From contig CAVSDR010000003.1 in the NCBI GenBank assembly GCA_963726745.1, forward strand, positions 224,001 through 288,000: DNA of 64,000 nucleotides. The letters run 5' to 3'. This document shows positions 10,942-21,941 of this stretch, piece by piece. The first letter of the stretch is position 1; every line of letters starts with the position of its first letter. The DNA comes from an uncultured Verrucomicrobiae bacterium (lineage in GTDB: Bacteria > Verrucomicrobiota > Verrucomicrobiia > Chthoniobacterales > UBA10450). The translations under genes and the position numbers were made by a program. The notes below the pieces were generated by a model. It searched no databases. It had not been told where the DNA came from and was given only the letters and a program-made list of their open reading frames with translations.

Positions 10942-11485
10942 CAAGCGGCGCGGAATCGGCCGAGACGGCGCCGCCTTTGCGCGCGACCGAGGTCGCACTC
11001 TCGGTATGGCCGAGCTGTTCGAGATTGGTAACCGGGTCGCCATTGTCCGCTTTCACCATACGTGCGCCGCTGGCCTTGTCCTGCTCGACGTGGAAACGCC
11101 CGTGCATGATCCCGACGAGCGGGATGAACTGCTGGCCGTTGTGTTCCACGAACAAAATATCGCGATCGCCGACGGCGAACTTCGGCGCATCGCTCACTTC
11201 CATGCGGTCCTCGCCGACGGTGCCGCCGAGCATGCGCAGGGTATAGCTCGCGCCGGGCTGGCCCTTGAGCGCCTCTTCCACTTTCACGGTCACGTAGGTC
11301 ACGATGTGGCGCTGGGCGCCTTCGCCGGTCCACTCGGATTTCACCTCCGTCACGGTGGCGTCCATGATCACTTCGGCCTGGCCCACGAGTTCGTCGAACG
11401 TCGGCGGGATAACGGTGGTGGCGCGGGCGGAAGTGGCGGCCAGGGTGGCGCCGAGGACAAGGGCGAGGAGCGGTAATTTTTTCAT
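10883..11485 (-). CDS. Secreted hypothetical protein ('TTVIPPTFDELVGQAEVI.DATV' type, possibly OB/NTR-like fold)
   Basis: Signal peptide; beta-rich; lies between two matrixin genes. Confidence 0.75.
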   Translation of the reverse strand: MKKLPLLALVLGATLAATSARATTVIPPTFDELVGQAEVIMDATVTEVKSEWTGEGAQRHIVTYVTVKVEEALKGQPGASYTLRMLGGTVGEDRMEVSDAPKFAVGDRDILFVEHNGQQFIPLVGIMHGRFHVEQDKASGARMVKADNGDPVTNLEQLGHTESATSVARKGGAVSADSAPLDVDAFKSAIRGKLADQAQP

Positions 11486-11541
11486 AACAAAGTGCCGGCT
11501 AAATTTTCTCACGTTTCGGGCGGAAATCCATCGGAGGCTGC

Positions 11542-13002
11542 TTACGGCTCGAGATCGTAGACTTCGATCAAGCCGATGCCGACGCCGCCATTTACCCCGC
11601 GCACGATCGCGGTGTAGTTCCCCGGCGCGAGCGTGGCCACGACGGCGCTTTCCGCAGCATTCGACGGCGCGACGGTGCTGGCGATGATCTCGGCCGCTTG
11701 CGGGCTGGTCTGCCAGTTGTCGTTCGAGGAAACGAGCGCGCCGGCGCTGTTGTAAAGCTCGAGCGTGGGGTCGGCCAGGGCGCCATCGATCGCGGCCGCG
11801 AGCGAAGGGCCGACCGCGCGGATGAGGACTCGTTTGCCGCCGTTGCCGGAGACAATCAAACCGCCGATGAGCACCTGATCGCCCACGCCGATGCGGCCGC
11901 GGGTCGAGAGATTGACCATGCGCGTGCTCGGCGTGTCGAGCTCGTAGCCTTCGACCAAGGCCACGCCCTGGGTGCCGCCAACGCCGCGGACCATCGCGGT
12001 GTAGCTGCCGGGAGCGAGGGTGGCGATGAGCGCGGCCTCCGCGGGATTCGACGGAGCGACGCCGGTGGCGGAAATCGCGGCCGCCTGTCCCCCAGCCTGC
12101 CAGTTGTCGTTCTGCGCGATGATCGCGCCGCTGCTGTTGTAAAGTTCGAGCGCGGGATCGGCCAAGGCGCCGCTCACGCCGCCAGCGGCGAGCGACGGGC
12201 CGGTGGCGCGCAGGAGGAGCTGCTTCGGTTGCGAGCCCTTGATGATGAAGCCGCCGATGAGCACTTCCGCACCGACACCCACTTTCATGCGCGTGGAAAT
12301 ATTTGCCAGCCGCGCGCCGAGGATGGGAGTCGGGGTCGGCACTGGGAGCCCCACGCCATACATCGCCTGTGCGCCGGCGATGTCGTCGGCCGCCAGGACT
12401 TCGCGGTCGCTCGTGATCGCGTTCATGACCACATCGCCTTGCGAGTGATTCATGCCCAAGGCGTGTCCGAGTTCGTGCAGGAAAACGCGGCGGATATCCG
12501 CCAACGCGAAGCCGCTCGACTGGAACTTCAGCGGCCCACGGTAGGAATCGAAGTTCTGCGCATTATTAAAAAGAATGTCCGCCTCCACCATGTTGGAGCC
12601 TTGCGTGATGTAATAAGTGACCGCGAGAGTGCCGTTGCCAAACGACTGTCCAAAGACCGTGCTCGACCAGACGACGCAGTTGACCCGATCGCCTGAGGAA
12701 GCGGGTGCCGACGAGTTCATCACGCTGCCAAACTGCACCCGGCCCATGACCTGGTTCCACGCGTCGAGCGCCGGCGCCACGGCGGTATTGTAAGAGGAGT
12801 TTCCGTCGGTGAGCGCAGGGTTGGCATTGCCGAGACCGAGCTGCATCGTGACCGTCCCGCTGGCCCAGCTCTTGCCGTTCAAGGCGTATGCCTGCGCCGA
12901 GCGGATGGGACCCGAAAGCGAGGCGGCGGCGACGACCAAAGCGATGGCTAAAAGTGAGGCGCGTCGCGTCGGCAAGACACTCCGCAGGGCGCGTGGAATC
13001 AT
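11542..13002 (-). CDS. Second matrixin-like metalloprotease with two 'RLANISTR/RMVNLSTR' repeat domains
   Basis: HELGHALGMNH, 'VVMNA'; same architecture as 9490..10941. Confidence 0.87.
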   Translation of the reverse strand: MIPRALRSVLPTRRASLLAIALVVAAASLSGPIRSAQAYALNGKSWASGTVTMQLGLGNANPALTDGNSSYNTAVAPALDAWNQVMGRVQFGSVMNSSAPASSGDRVNCVVWSSTVFGQSFGNGTLAVTYYITQGSNMVEADILFNNAQNFDSYRGPLKFQSSGFALADIRRVFLHELGHALGMNHSQGDVVMNAITSDREVLAADDIAGAQAMYGVGLPVPTPTPILGARLANISTRMKVGVGAEVLIGGFIIKGSQPKQLLLRATGPSLAAGGVSGALADPALELYNSSGAIIAQNDNWQAGGQAAAISATGVAPSNPAEAALIATLAPGSYTAMVRGVGGTQGVALVEGYELDTPSTRMVNLSTRGRIGVGDQVLIGGLIVSGNGGKRVLIRAVGPSLAAAIDGALADPTLELYNSAGALVSSNDNWQTSPQAAEIIASTVAPSNAAESAVVATLAPGNYTAIVRGVNGGVGIGLIEVYDLEP

Positions 13003-13205
13003 GTAATTACTGGAAAGCAGGATGCGTGCGCGGGCCGTGACGCGCTCGAGCTCTCCCTCGTGGAGATCTTTTGCGCGCGCCGCGAGGAGGCGGCGCAAAC
13101 AGGCGAAAGTCTCAAGACTGCGACTCGCAGGAGTCGTCAGACGCAGCCGGGACTAATTCATGAGGCCGGAGACCGAGGCCGCCGCGGCGCTGGGCCGCGT
13201 CGTCC

Positions 13206-13739
13206 TCAAGGAACGATGAAAATTTGTTTGGTGTAAGGGTCGCGCGCCTTATCGCCAGACTTGTAGCCGGTGACGTCGACCATGCCGCCATTGGGGTCGA
13301 GGCTGAAGACGTAACCGGGCTTGCCGGGCACCGGCTTGGCGACGGGAAATTGCGTGGGGCTGCTCGTGGCCGCGGCGGGGCGCGGCGTCGGCGTCGGGGT
13401 CAGTTTCCGCGGAGTGGCGCTGGCTTGCGGGCGCGGCGTCGTCCGGGGCGCGGGCGAAGCCGTCCGGCGCGGCGGCGTAGCGGTGGCCCGCGGGCGCGAG
13501 GTGGCCGTGGGCGCGACGATCGGATGCCCCGGAGCGCTCACATCGGAAGGCGAATTCGTGACTGTGGTCGTCGAAGTGGTCGTGGTGGTGCGCGGTTGGT
13601 CGACCGCATCCACGCGTTCGCGCATGTAGCGCGCGGGCGCATCGACGACGCGAAAGGAAGTCACCGCGACACGCTTCGCGGTTTCGCAACCAGCCAAAAG
13701 CAGGAGTCCCAAAACGCAGAAGCGTGCGGCCGTGATCAT
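13206..13739 (-). CDS. Pro/Thr-rich lipoprotein with small C-terminal 'PVPGKPGYV...DVTG...DPYT..IF.VP' domain
   Basis: Lipobox LLAGC; low-complexity linker; compact C-terminal domain. Confidence 0.75.
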   Translation of the reverse strand: MITAARFCVLGLLLLAGCETAKRVAVTSFRVVDAPARYMRERVDAVDQPRTTTTTSTTTVTNSPSDVSAPGHPIVAPTATSRPRATATPPRRTASPAPRTTPRPQASATPRKLTPTPTPRPAAATSSPTQFPVAKPVPGKPGYVFSLDPNGGMVDVTGYKSGDKARDPYTKQIFIVP

Positions 13740-13805
13740 ATCGGCGCCTTTTTAAGACCTTTCGCCCGCGAACGCCAGCGGTATTCAGCGCCGGAAAACT
13801 TTCCC

Positions 13806-15176
13806 TCAGCGCAGCGGCGTCGGATACACCGCCGGGCTCACATTCCCATCGCGATCGACCGCGGCCACGCCGAAGAGGAAGTTATCCTTCGAGATCTTCG
13901 GCAGGGTAAAATCGGTCCCGCTGCCGGCCGGGAGAGAGTGCTGCCAAAACGGCGCCGTGGTTTCGCGCCAATAGATCCGGTAGCCAGCAAGATCAGGCTC
14001 CGTGTTCGCGCGCCATTGCAGGGTGGTGTCGTTGGTTAATTCCTTCGTTCGCACCTGCACTTCCTCCGGCGCCGCCGGCGCAAGCGCGAGCGCACCGAGT
14101 GCCGCCGCGTTGATCCGCGCGACGTTCGCGATGTAATCAAATCGCAGAACTCCGGGAGGTCGCCGAATTGCACCGCGCCTTCCTTCCGCAGGTCCTGGTG
14201 CTGATGGCGGAAGTCCTCGTTCGGCTCGGTGAATCGAACCGCCGCATAGCCGGCATCGAGGAAGGGCGAATGATCGCCGCCGCGCAGGTAGCGATCGCGC
14301 CGGTAGATCACGTTCACCTGCATCGCGGGCACGTATTGCTCGCCGGTAGTCTTGATGAAGCGCGCCAGCTCGCGCGTGCTGCTGTCGTTCTCGCCGCCGG
14401 TCTGGAGGCGCGTGCGCAAGGCTTCGTCCACTTCCTTCATCGCGGGCACGCCTTCGGCAAACAGCCGCACTTGCTTGTCCTCCACTTTGCCATCCTCGGA
14501 GCGCGAGCTGCCGATGATGTCGTTCGTGAACATGCCGGCAATATTCCAGTTCTTCGCCTTGGCGGCTTGCGCCCAGTGCGCCGCGCCCAGCAAGCCTTGC
14601 TCCTCGCCGGCCACGGCCATGAAAACGATCGTCGCATCCCACTTCCGCTTCGACATCACGCGCGCTAACTCCAGAACCGCGGCCACGCCGGAAGCATCGT
14701 CGTTGGCCCCGGGCGCGTCGGCGGTGGCGTTCATCACGTCGGTCACGCGCGAGTCGTAGTGTCCGCTAACCACGTAGATCCGATCGCGCGCTTCCGACTG
14801 CGCGCCCGGGAAGTGTCGCGACTACGTTCACCACCTGCACCGGCTCCGGGTTGCGCTTGCCCGCGGGCTCGGTGAACTCGTCCATCGTGACCTCGAGGCG
14901 GCCGTCGGACTCCTGCGCGTAACGCTCGAACTCGCTCTGGAGCCAGCGGCGCGCGGCGCCGATTCCACGGGTTTCGCTGGTCGCATCCGAGAGCGTGTGG
15001 CGCGTGCCAAAGCTGACCAGCTTGCGGATCGTGGCCTCGATGTTTTGCGGTGAAATCTCGCGCACGCACTCGGCGATCTGCGCGTTCGGCTTATTCTCGG
15101 GCACATTCGGCGGCGCCGCCGTGGCCCTCGTTAGTCCAATCGCCGCCACCGCCGCTGCCAGGAGAGTCGCTCGCAT
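13806..15176 (-). CDS. Secreted M28 family metallopeptidase with C-terminal FN3-like domain; frameshifts near 14775 and 14140
   Basis: '[12 protein letters not shown]', 'SGHYDSR', 'PGANDDASG', 'GEEQGLLG', 'RGGDH' spread over ORFs 14766..15470, 14036..14773 and 13806..14642. Confidence 0.85.
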
Positions 15177-15184
15177 GGAAGCAC

Positions 15185-16240
15185 CTAAACCTGATTCCCG
15201 CGGCTGGCGAGTTCCCGCACGTCGGCCGTGAACTCTTCGATCGTCTCCTCGGTCGTGGCCCAGGAGCACATCAGCCGATAGACGTCCGGCTCGACAAACT
15301 TGTAGAAATGCCAGCCACGCGCGTGCAAAGCGCTGACTAACGACTCCGGGAGCTGCAGGAAAACGGCGTTGGCTTCCCGCGGAAAAGCCAGCTCCAGGCC
15401 GAGAATCGCCCGCAAGTTGTCGGCTAATTTCTGCGCCGATCGGTTTGCCCGCGCGGCGTTGCGCAGCCACACGTCGTCCTGGAGAAGACCGAGCCAGGGC
15501 GCGGAGAGGAAGCGCATCTTGGAAGCGAGTTGCCCGGCCTGTTTCGCGCGGTAATCGAATTCCTCCGCCAGTTCCTTCCGGAAAAAGACGACGAGTTCAC
15601 CGCCAGGGGCGCCGTTCTTGGTCCCGCCGAAACAGAGCGCGTCGACTCCCAGCTCCCAGGTAATTTCCCGGGGCGCGCAGCCTAACGAGACCAAGGCGTG
15701 CGCAAAGCGCGCCCCGTCCAGGTGCAGAAAGAGCGAGCGCGCGCGCGCAAATTCCGCCAACCGCTCGAGTTCGCCGCGGCTGTAGGCGGTGCCGAATTCC
15801 GTCGTCTGCGTCAGGCTGAGCGCGCGCGGCTTGGGGGAATGCAGATCGCGCTGCCGCACGAGTGTTTCTTCGATCGCCGCGAGCTCGAGCTTGCCATTTT
15901 GGCCCGGCGTGGTGAGCAACTTCGCGCCGCCGGAAAAGAACTCCGGGCCGCCGCATTCATCGGTCGCGATGTGCGCATACTCGTGGCAAACGACGCTGTG
16001 AAAGGGCCGGCAAATTTGCGCCAGCGCGAGACTGTTCGCGGCCGTCCCATTGAAGACCATGAAGACCTCGCAATCGGTCTCGAAGATTTCGCGCACGCGC
16101 TCGGCCAGCCGCTCAGTCCAGCGATCGCCGCCATAGGAAGCATCGGTCGCGCGGTTCGCCTCCTCCAGCGCCTGCCAGGCCTCGGGGCAAATGCCCGCGG
16201 TGTTGTCGCTCGCGAAATCGTAACGGTGCCGCTCTTGCAT
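15185..16240 (-). CDS. ltaE: Low-specificity L-threonine aldolase
   Basis: 'FASDN', 'FNGTAAN', 'HLDGARF', PLP lysine 'FGGTKNG', 'QLASKMRF'. Confidence 0.9.
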   Translation of the reverse strand: MQERHRYDFASDNTAGICPEAWQALEEANRATDASYGGDRWTERLAERVREIFETDCEVFMVFNGTAANSLALAQICRPFHSVVCHEYAHIATDECGGPEFFSGGAKLLTTPGQNGKLELAAIEETLVRQRDLHSPKPRALSLTQTTEFGTAYSRGELERLAEFARARSLFLHLDGARFAHALVSLGCAPREITWELGVDALCFGGTKNGAPGGELVVFFRKELAEEFDYRAKQAGQLASKMRFLSAPWLGLLQDDVWLRNAARANRSAQKLADNLRAILGLELAFPREANAVFLQLPESLVSALHARGWHFYKFVEPDVYRLMCSWATTEETIEEFTADVRELASRGNQV

Positions 16241-16264
16241 CCGCGGACTTTAGAAGCGTCTCCC

Positions 16265-16321
16265 GAAAAAGAAATCGCCTGGCGAAGTGCTCGCGGATGA
16301 ACCCGCGAAATCGCCAGGCGA
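16265..16321 (-). terminator. Intrinsic terminator downstream of the small membrane-peptide gene
   Basis: TCGCCTGGCGA (16275-16285) pairs with TCGCCAGGCGA (16311-16321); inner stem TCGCGG/CCGCGA; followed on the minus strand by TTTCTTTTT. Confidence 0.65.
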
Positions 16322-16347
16322 ACTACCCCTTACTTACCCCCAAAAGT

Positions 16348-16464
16348 CTAGGTGCAACCGCGCAGCAAGAAGAAGAGCAGCAGCACCGGGATTGGCACTC
16401 CGAGCAGCCACAAAAGCATGTATCCGGCCGCGCCCTTTTCTCCGTTTTCGTCCGTTTGTTTCAT
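16348..16464 (-). CDS. Small (38 aa) single-TM membrane peptide
   Basis: MKQTDENGEKGAAGYMLLWLLGVPIPVLLLFFLLRGCT; 'LLWLLGVPIP' small-protein pattern; purine-rich RBS upstream. Confidence 0.7.
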   Translation of the reverse strand: MKQTDENGEKGAAGYMLLWLLGVPIPVLLLFFLLRGCT

Positions 16465-16625
16465 GTTGTTTTTTCCTTCACCATTGCTTCGCATGCGAAC
16501 TCCGGCGCGAGCGTGTCGACCGCATTTTTTTTGGAAGATTTTTTCGTCGCTTTCCGATCGATGAAACGAGCCTGGACGCACGCGCCGCTTTGCCGAGTTG
16601 CAGCGCACGCGCTAGGCTCCGCGCC

Positions 16626-19600
16626 ATGAGTCCTCTGCAGGCGGAAACGGAGCAGCGCGGTCTGGAAATTTTCGAACTGGTCGACCGGCACCCGGAATCG
16701 ATCTTCACCAAGGCTGGCTTCTACCAGCGGATGATGGCGATCTCGATGAAGGACGAGGCCTTCAAGGTGCAGATGTTTCGCTTCGTCGACGTGCTCGCTT
16801 CGCTCCGCCGCTCGGACGATATCGTGCAGCATCTCGACGAGTATTTTACCGGGATGACCGAGGGCTTCGGCCCGCTGATCCAGCCAGGGATCAAGCTGGC
16901 GAAAATCTTCCCGTGGCTGACTGCGCCGATCCTGCGTTGGAACGTCTCGGGGATGGCGCGCCAGTTCATCAGCGGGCGCGATCCGCAGGATGCGATGAAG
17001 ACGCTGCGCAAGGCGCGCAAGCGGAACATCGGCTTCACCGTCGACTTGTTAGGCGAAGCGGTCGTGAGCGAGCAGGAAGCCGACGAATACGGCGAGCGTT
17101 GCCTGGCGTTGCTCGAGGGCCTGGCCGCGGAAACGCGCGGCTGGACCGATCCGCTGGGCCGCGACAGCGAGCTTTTCCCGGTAGTGAATGTGTCGGTTAA
17201 AATTTCCGCGCTCTACTCGCAGATGAACCCGGCCGACCCGGCGGACGCGATCGCGCACCTCGCGCCGAAGCTGCGGCCGATCATCCGCCGCGCCCGGGAG
17301 CTGGGCGCCTTCATCAATTTCGACATGGAGAGCTACGCGCATAAAAACAGCACGCTCGAGCTTTTCAAAACGCTCTTCACCGAGCCGGAGTTCCGCGATT
17401 GGCCGCATGCCGGCATCGTCATCCAGGCCTACCTGCGCGACGCCGAGCGCGACTTGCGCGACCTGATCCAGTGGGGCCGCCGGCGCGGCACGCGTTTCAC
17501 CGTGCGCCTGGTCAAAGGGGCCTATTGGGATTACGAGCGGATCAAGGCCGCACAGAACGGCTGGCGCGTGCCCGTGTGGCAGCAGAAGCCGGAGAGCGAC
17601 GCCAATTTCGAAACCTGCACGCGTGTCCTCCTGGAGAACGAAGACATCGTCACCGCGGCCTTCGGTTCGCATAACGTCCGCAGCATCGCGCACGCGCAGG
17701 CGCTGGCCGAGCAGATGGGAATCGCGAAGAGCCGCTTCGAGTTCCAGCTCCTTTATGGAATGGCGAATCCGATCAAGCGCGCGCTCGTCGAGATGGGTTA
17801 TCGCGTGCGTGAATATTGCCCCGTGGGCGAACTCCTGCCCGGGATGGCTTACCTCGTTAGGCGACTACTTGAGAACACTTCCAACGAAGGCTTCCTGAAG
17901 GCGAAATTTACCGACAACGCCTCCGCCGCGAAGCTCCTGCGCGATCCAGCATCACTCGTTAGCCAGCGCGTTCGTGAGGTCGATGAGGTCGAGCCAGATG
18001 GCTCGTTAGACTTCGGTTATGAGCGCAACGGCCAGTCGCGCGAGACGCCTCCGGGCGACAGCTACGAGAACGCGCCGCTGGTCAACTTCGTGCATGAGGA
18101 AGCGCAGGAGGAGATGCGTGCCGCCCTTGGCGCAGCGCGCAGCCGCTTCGGGAAGCAATACCCGATGGTGATCAACAACCAGCCGGTCAGCACCGGGAAG
18201 TGGATGCCGTCGGTGAACCCGAGCAACCCCACGGAAGTCGTCGGCTCCGTGGCCGAGGGCGGCATCGCGGAAGCGGAAGCGGCGGTCAAAGCCGCGCGCG
18301 ATGCTTTCGGGCACTGGTGCCGCGTGAGCGTGGAGCATCGCGCGCAGCTGCTCGAGCGCGTGGCCGAGATCATGGATCGCCGGCGTTTCGAGCTCTCCGC
18401 GGTGGAAGTCTATCGAAGTCGGCAAACCGTGGGCCGAAGCCGATGGCGACATCCGCGAGGCGATCGATTTCCTCCTCTTTTACGCGCAGCAAATGCGCAT
18501 CCTCGGCCGCCCGAAGCTGACCCAGCACATCCTCGGCGAGGAAAGTTACCAGCATCATTGGCCGCGCGGCGTCGCGCTGGTGATCGCGCCCTGGAATTTC
18601 CCGATCGCGATCCTCTGCGGGATGGTCTCGGCCGCGCTCGTGACCGGCAACACCGTGGTCATGAAACCGGCGGAACAGTCAGCGATATGTGGCGCGCTCC
18701 TGATGGAAATGTTCCAGGAAGCGGGCGTGCCCGCGGGCGTGCTGAATCTCCTCACGGGCGACGGCGCCGTCGTGGGCAAGCACCTGGTCGAGCACAAGGA
18801 CGTCGACCTGATTGCCTTCACCGGCTCGCGCGAAGTCGGCCTCAATATCTGGAAAGCCGCCGGCGTGACTTTGCCCGGCCAGCGCGAGCTCAAGAAGGTC
18901 ATCTGCGAGATGGGCGGGAAGAACGGGGTCATCGTCGACAGCGACGCCGACCTCGATGAGGCGATCGTGGACACGATCTACAGCGCTTTCGGTTACCAAG
19001 GGCAAAAATGCTCGGCCTGCTCGCGCTTGATCGTGCTCGAGGAAAACTACGACCGCGTGGTCAAGCGCCTGCTCGAAGCGGCCGCGAGCTTGCGCGTGGG
19101 CGACCCGCAAGAACCTGGAATGACAGTCGGCCCGGTGATCGACGAGGACGCTTACCGGCGGATTCTCCAGCGGATCGAAGAAGGCAAAACAGAAGCGACT
19201 CTGGCCTATCAAGCGCCGAAGATTCCTGGCAACGGCTACTTCATCCCGCCGACTATTTTCACCAATGTGTCGGCTAATTCACGCCTGGCGCAGGAGGAGA
19301 TTTTTGGGCCCGTCTTGAGCGTGATCAAAGTGCGCGATCTCGACGAAGCGATCGCAGTCGCGAACGGCACGCAATACGCCCTCACCGCTGGCTTCTTTAC
19401 GCGCAGCCCGGCGAACAGCGAGCGCGTGAAAGCGGAACTGGAAGCGGGCAACGTTTACATCAACCGCTCCTGCACCGGCGCGGTCGTGGGGCGGCATCCG
19501 TTTGGCGGCTTCAAGATGAGCGGCGGCGGGACCAAGGCCGGCAGCGCGGATTACCTGCTGCAATTCCTCGTCCCGCGCGTGGTCACGGAAAACATCATGC

Positions 19601-19671
19601 GCCACGGCTTCGCTCCCGACACCACGCCGATGTATCGCGAGGAATTCGTCGGCGGCCGCGGGAACGCCTAG
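16626..19671 (+). CDS. putA: Bifunctional proline dehydrogenase/P5C dehydrogenase, frameshift near 18414
   Basis: PRODH motifs 'DLLGE', 'DME', 'RLVKGAYW', 'YLVRRLLEN'; ALDH motifs 'PWNFP', 'FTGS', 'EMGGKN', 'GQKCSA', 'EEIFGP'; removing one base at ~18414 restores EVYEVGKPW. Confidence 0.92.
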
Positions 19672-20228
19672 ACCTTTCGTTTTTCCTGTAAGCGCCGCCA
19701 CTTCTGCGCCATCCGCCGGAGGCCGCCATCGAGCGGCAGGCGTTCCATCTCGTCGGCAGTGAACCAGCGGAGCTCGTGGCTTTCCGCGCTGGTCACGTGC
19801 GCCGCATTTTCCGGCGCGATCAGGACATAGCGCACGTCGTAATGCCAATGCGTCGGCTCGTCCTTGTGCGCAGGAATTTCATGCAGATCGAGATCGAACG
19901 GGCGCGCGGAAGCGACGATCAAACCTTCAATCCCCGATTCCTCGAGCGCTTCGCGCTGCGCCACGCGCAAGACGTCTTCATCGCCATCGCAATGGCCGCC
20001 GAATTGCAGCCAGCGGTCGAGCTTGCGATGATGGTGGAGGAGCGCGCGGCTCCCATCGGCGCTCACGACCAGGGCGCTCCCGGTGAAATGCGCCGGAAAA
20101 GCAGTGCGCTCAAAACAGCCAGCCACTTCATCGAGGAGCGCAAGCATCTGCGTGCGCGCCGTCTCTTCGTCTGGCCGGTTCGTCAGGTCGAGCGCGGCCA
20201 GTTGCGCTCGGAATTCGGCGCGCCTCAT
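19668..20228 (-). CDS. NUDIX hydrolase
   Basis: Nudix box 'GGHCDGDE..LRVAQREALEESG'; 'HFTGS', 'HYDVRY'. Confidence 0.88.
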   Translation of the reverse strand: MRRAEFRAQLAALDLTNRPDEETARTQMLALLDEVAGCFERTAFPAHFTGSALVVSADGSRALLHHHRKLDRWLQFGGHCDGDEDVLRVAQREALEESGIEGLIVASARPFDLDLHEIPAHKDEPTHWHYDVRYVLIAPENAAHVTSAESHELRWFTADEMERLPLDGGLRRMAQKWRRLQEKRKV

Positions 20229-21907
20229 CATTTGAGTTGCGCGCGCAGCTTGGCGGCATGCTCGCCGCGGGTCGTGTTGGAAGGCTGCAAAGCGAGCCAG
20301 TCAAGAAAGCGCAGGAACTCCGTCTGCTCGTTTGGTGTGAGCGCATCGAAGCAGGCCCGGAGCGGATTCGGAATTTCGAGCTCGCGATAAGTGGAAGCCT
20401 CGACAATCGCGGAGAGCTTCAGCTTCGTGAGCGGGTCCTTCTCCTGCCACGCGCTCAGGATATGACGCGCCTGGTGGAAGCGCCCTGACGCAAAGACGCC
20501 GTCCGACGAAGAACCGGAGTTACGTTTGCTCGCGATTTCCATGGGCGAAGCGGTCGCGAGCTTTTGCAGCGCCGGGGTCAGCTCGGTGAAGTGGCCCGTC
20601 CAAATCGCTCCGAAAAGCGCATCCACGGAGATCGATGAAGTGCCGATCTTCTCCAGTTGCGCGCGCAGATAAGCGAGCAGGCGCGTGCGCACCTCGGGAT
20701 CGTGCAGCGCGACGAGCGAAGCACCTTCCAGCGGCACTTCCGGACCGCAGGCCCAAGCGCTCGGTTGCGGCTTTTCGAGTAGTTGCAGGAGGAGCGGCCC
20801 GCTCTCTGGATGGCCGCGTTCGGCCAGGGCGTGGGCAGCGTAATTGGCATCGCGAAAGTGCGTGTCCGGTCCCTGCTCGCGCGGGACATTGGCGGTGCCG
20901 GCGTGCGCGATTTGCAAAAGCGTTTCGTCGATGCGCGCGTCGTGATAGCGCAGCGGCTCGGAGTGCGGAACCAGGCGCTCGATCGCGTAGGAGTGGAAGT
21001 CTTGCGCTCTCGGATCGGCAATGACGCCGAGCAACGCGGAGATCCACGTGCGCGTCTGCTTTTCGTCGGCTGGATCGGGCGGCGTTGATTCATGCACGAG
21101 CTCCCGCTCCGGCCGGACCTCGCGCTTTCCCACTTTCGGCGCGTCCGCGTCGTCCGATGCGAGGCCGAGCTTTTCCTCCATGAGCCGCTGGAGAATGAAC
21201 CAAGCAAAGTTTGCGCGCAGGCTGCTGTTGTATTCATCGGTCCAGCGCTCGGCGATTTCGCTCGGGAACAATCCCGTCTGCTCTGGCCTCCCCGGCGGCG
21301 GCGCGATCCAGAACTTTGCCGACCCATCCGCCGTGCTCACGATGTCCACGCCCTCTTCGTTCATCGGGATGCGGCCAAGCCACCAGATCGTGTCGTAGAT
21401 CTGCCGCGCCAGCGCCGCTGGCACCGGCACGGCGCGGGTCTTCTGCGTCGCTGCGCGCAGTTCCTCCTCCGCTACCGGGCCGACGATCTGCACTCTTGAA
21501 AAAGTGAGCTCTCCGCCCGCCGGCGAAGCGCGCAGCACCGTCACGCCGGCAGCGGGATGGAAGACATCACCGCGGAATTCCCATTCGAAACCCACCTCGC
21601 CGCTTGCGGGCGGCAGCGCCTTTTCCGAAGAGCGAAAGTTGATACGAGTGGCCGCGCGATTTTTCGGAGAATGATTCGCGCGGAGAAGAGCGATCGCGGC
21701 TTCTTTCGCTGGCAGTTCCCAAAAGCCTTCCGGTAAATGCGTCGCGCTCCGCGCCTCGACTTCGCGTTGAATCGCATCCTTCCCGCTGCTCAGGAGCGCG
21801 AGCAACTCCGCGTCGCTTTTCCCTTTCAACGAAATGGGCTGCCAATCCGCAGCGACCGCCGCGAGGCCAAGCAACAGGAGGCACGGAGCGCAGAAGCGGC
21901 GCAGCAT
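20228..21907 (-). CDS. Secreted hypothetical protein
   Basis: 559-aa ORF with signal peptide; no recognisable family. Confidence 0.6.
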   Translation of the reverse strand: MLRRFCAPCLLLLGLAAVAADWQPISLKGKSDAELLALLSSGKDAIQREVEARSATHLPEGFWELPAKEAAIALLRANHSPKNRAATRINFRSSEKALPPASGEVGFEWEFRGDVFHPAAGVTVLRASPAGGELTFSRVQIVGPVAEEELRAATQKTRAVPVPAALARQIYDTIWWLGRIPMNEEGVDIVSTADGSAKFWIAPPPGRPEQTGLFPSEIAERWTDEYNSSLRANFAWFILQRLMEEKLGLASDDADAPKVGKREVRPERELVHESTPPDPADEKQTRTWISALLGVIADPRAQDFHSYAIERLVPHSEPLRYHDARIDETLLQIAHAGTANVPREQGPDTHFRDANYAAHALAERGHPESGPLLLQLLEKPQPSAWACGPEVPLEGASLVALHDPEVRTRLLAYLRAQLEKIGTSSISVDALFGAIWTGHFTELTPALQKLATASPMEIASKRNSGSSSDGVFASGRFHQARHILSAWQEKDPLTKLKLSAIVEASTYRELEIPNPLRACFDALTPNEQTEFLRFLDWLALQPSNTTRGEHAAKLRAQLK

Positions 21908-21941
21908 TGAGCGAACTTAGCCGCACGCGTTAGAGTGCGCG

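Noticed and set aside
13090..13190. GCAAAC...GAAA and small hairpins upstream of the matrixin gene as a c-di-GMP-I riboswitch
   Set aside because: The partial match is on the wrong strand for the downstream gene and lacks the GACGCAAAGC element and second stem
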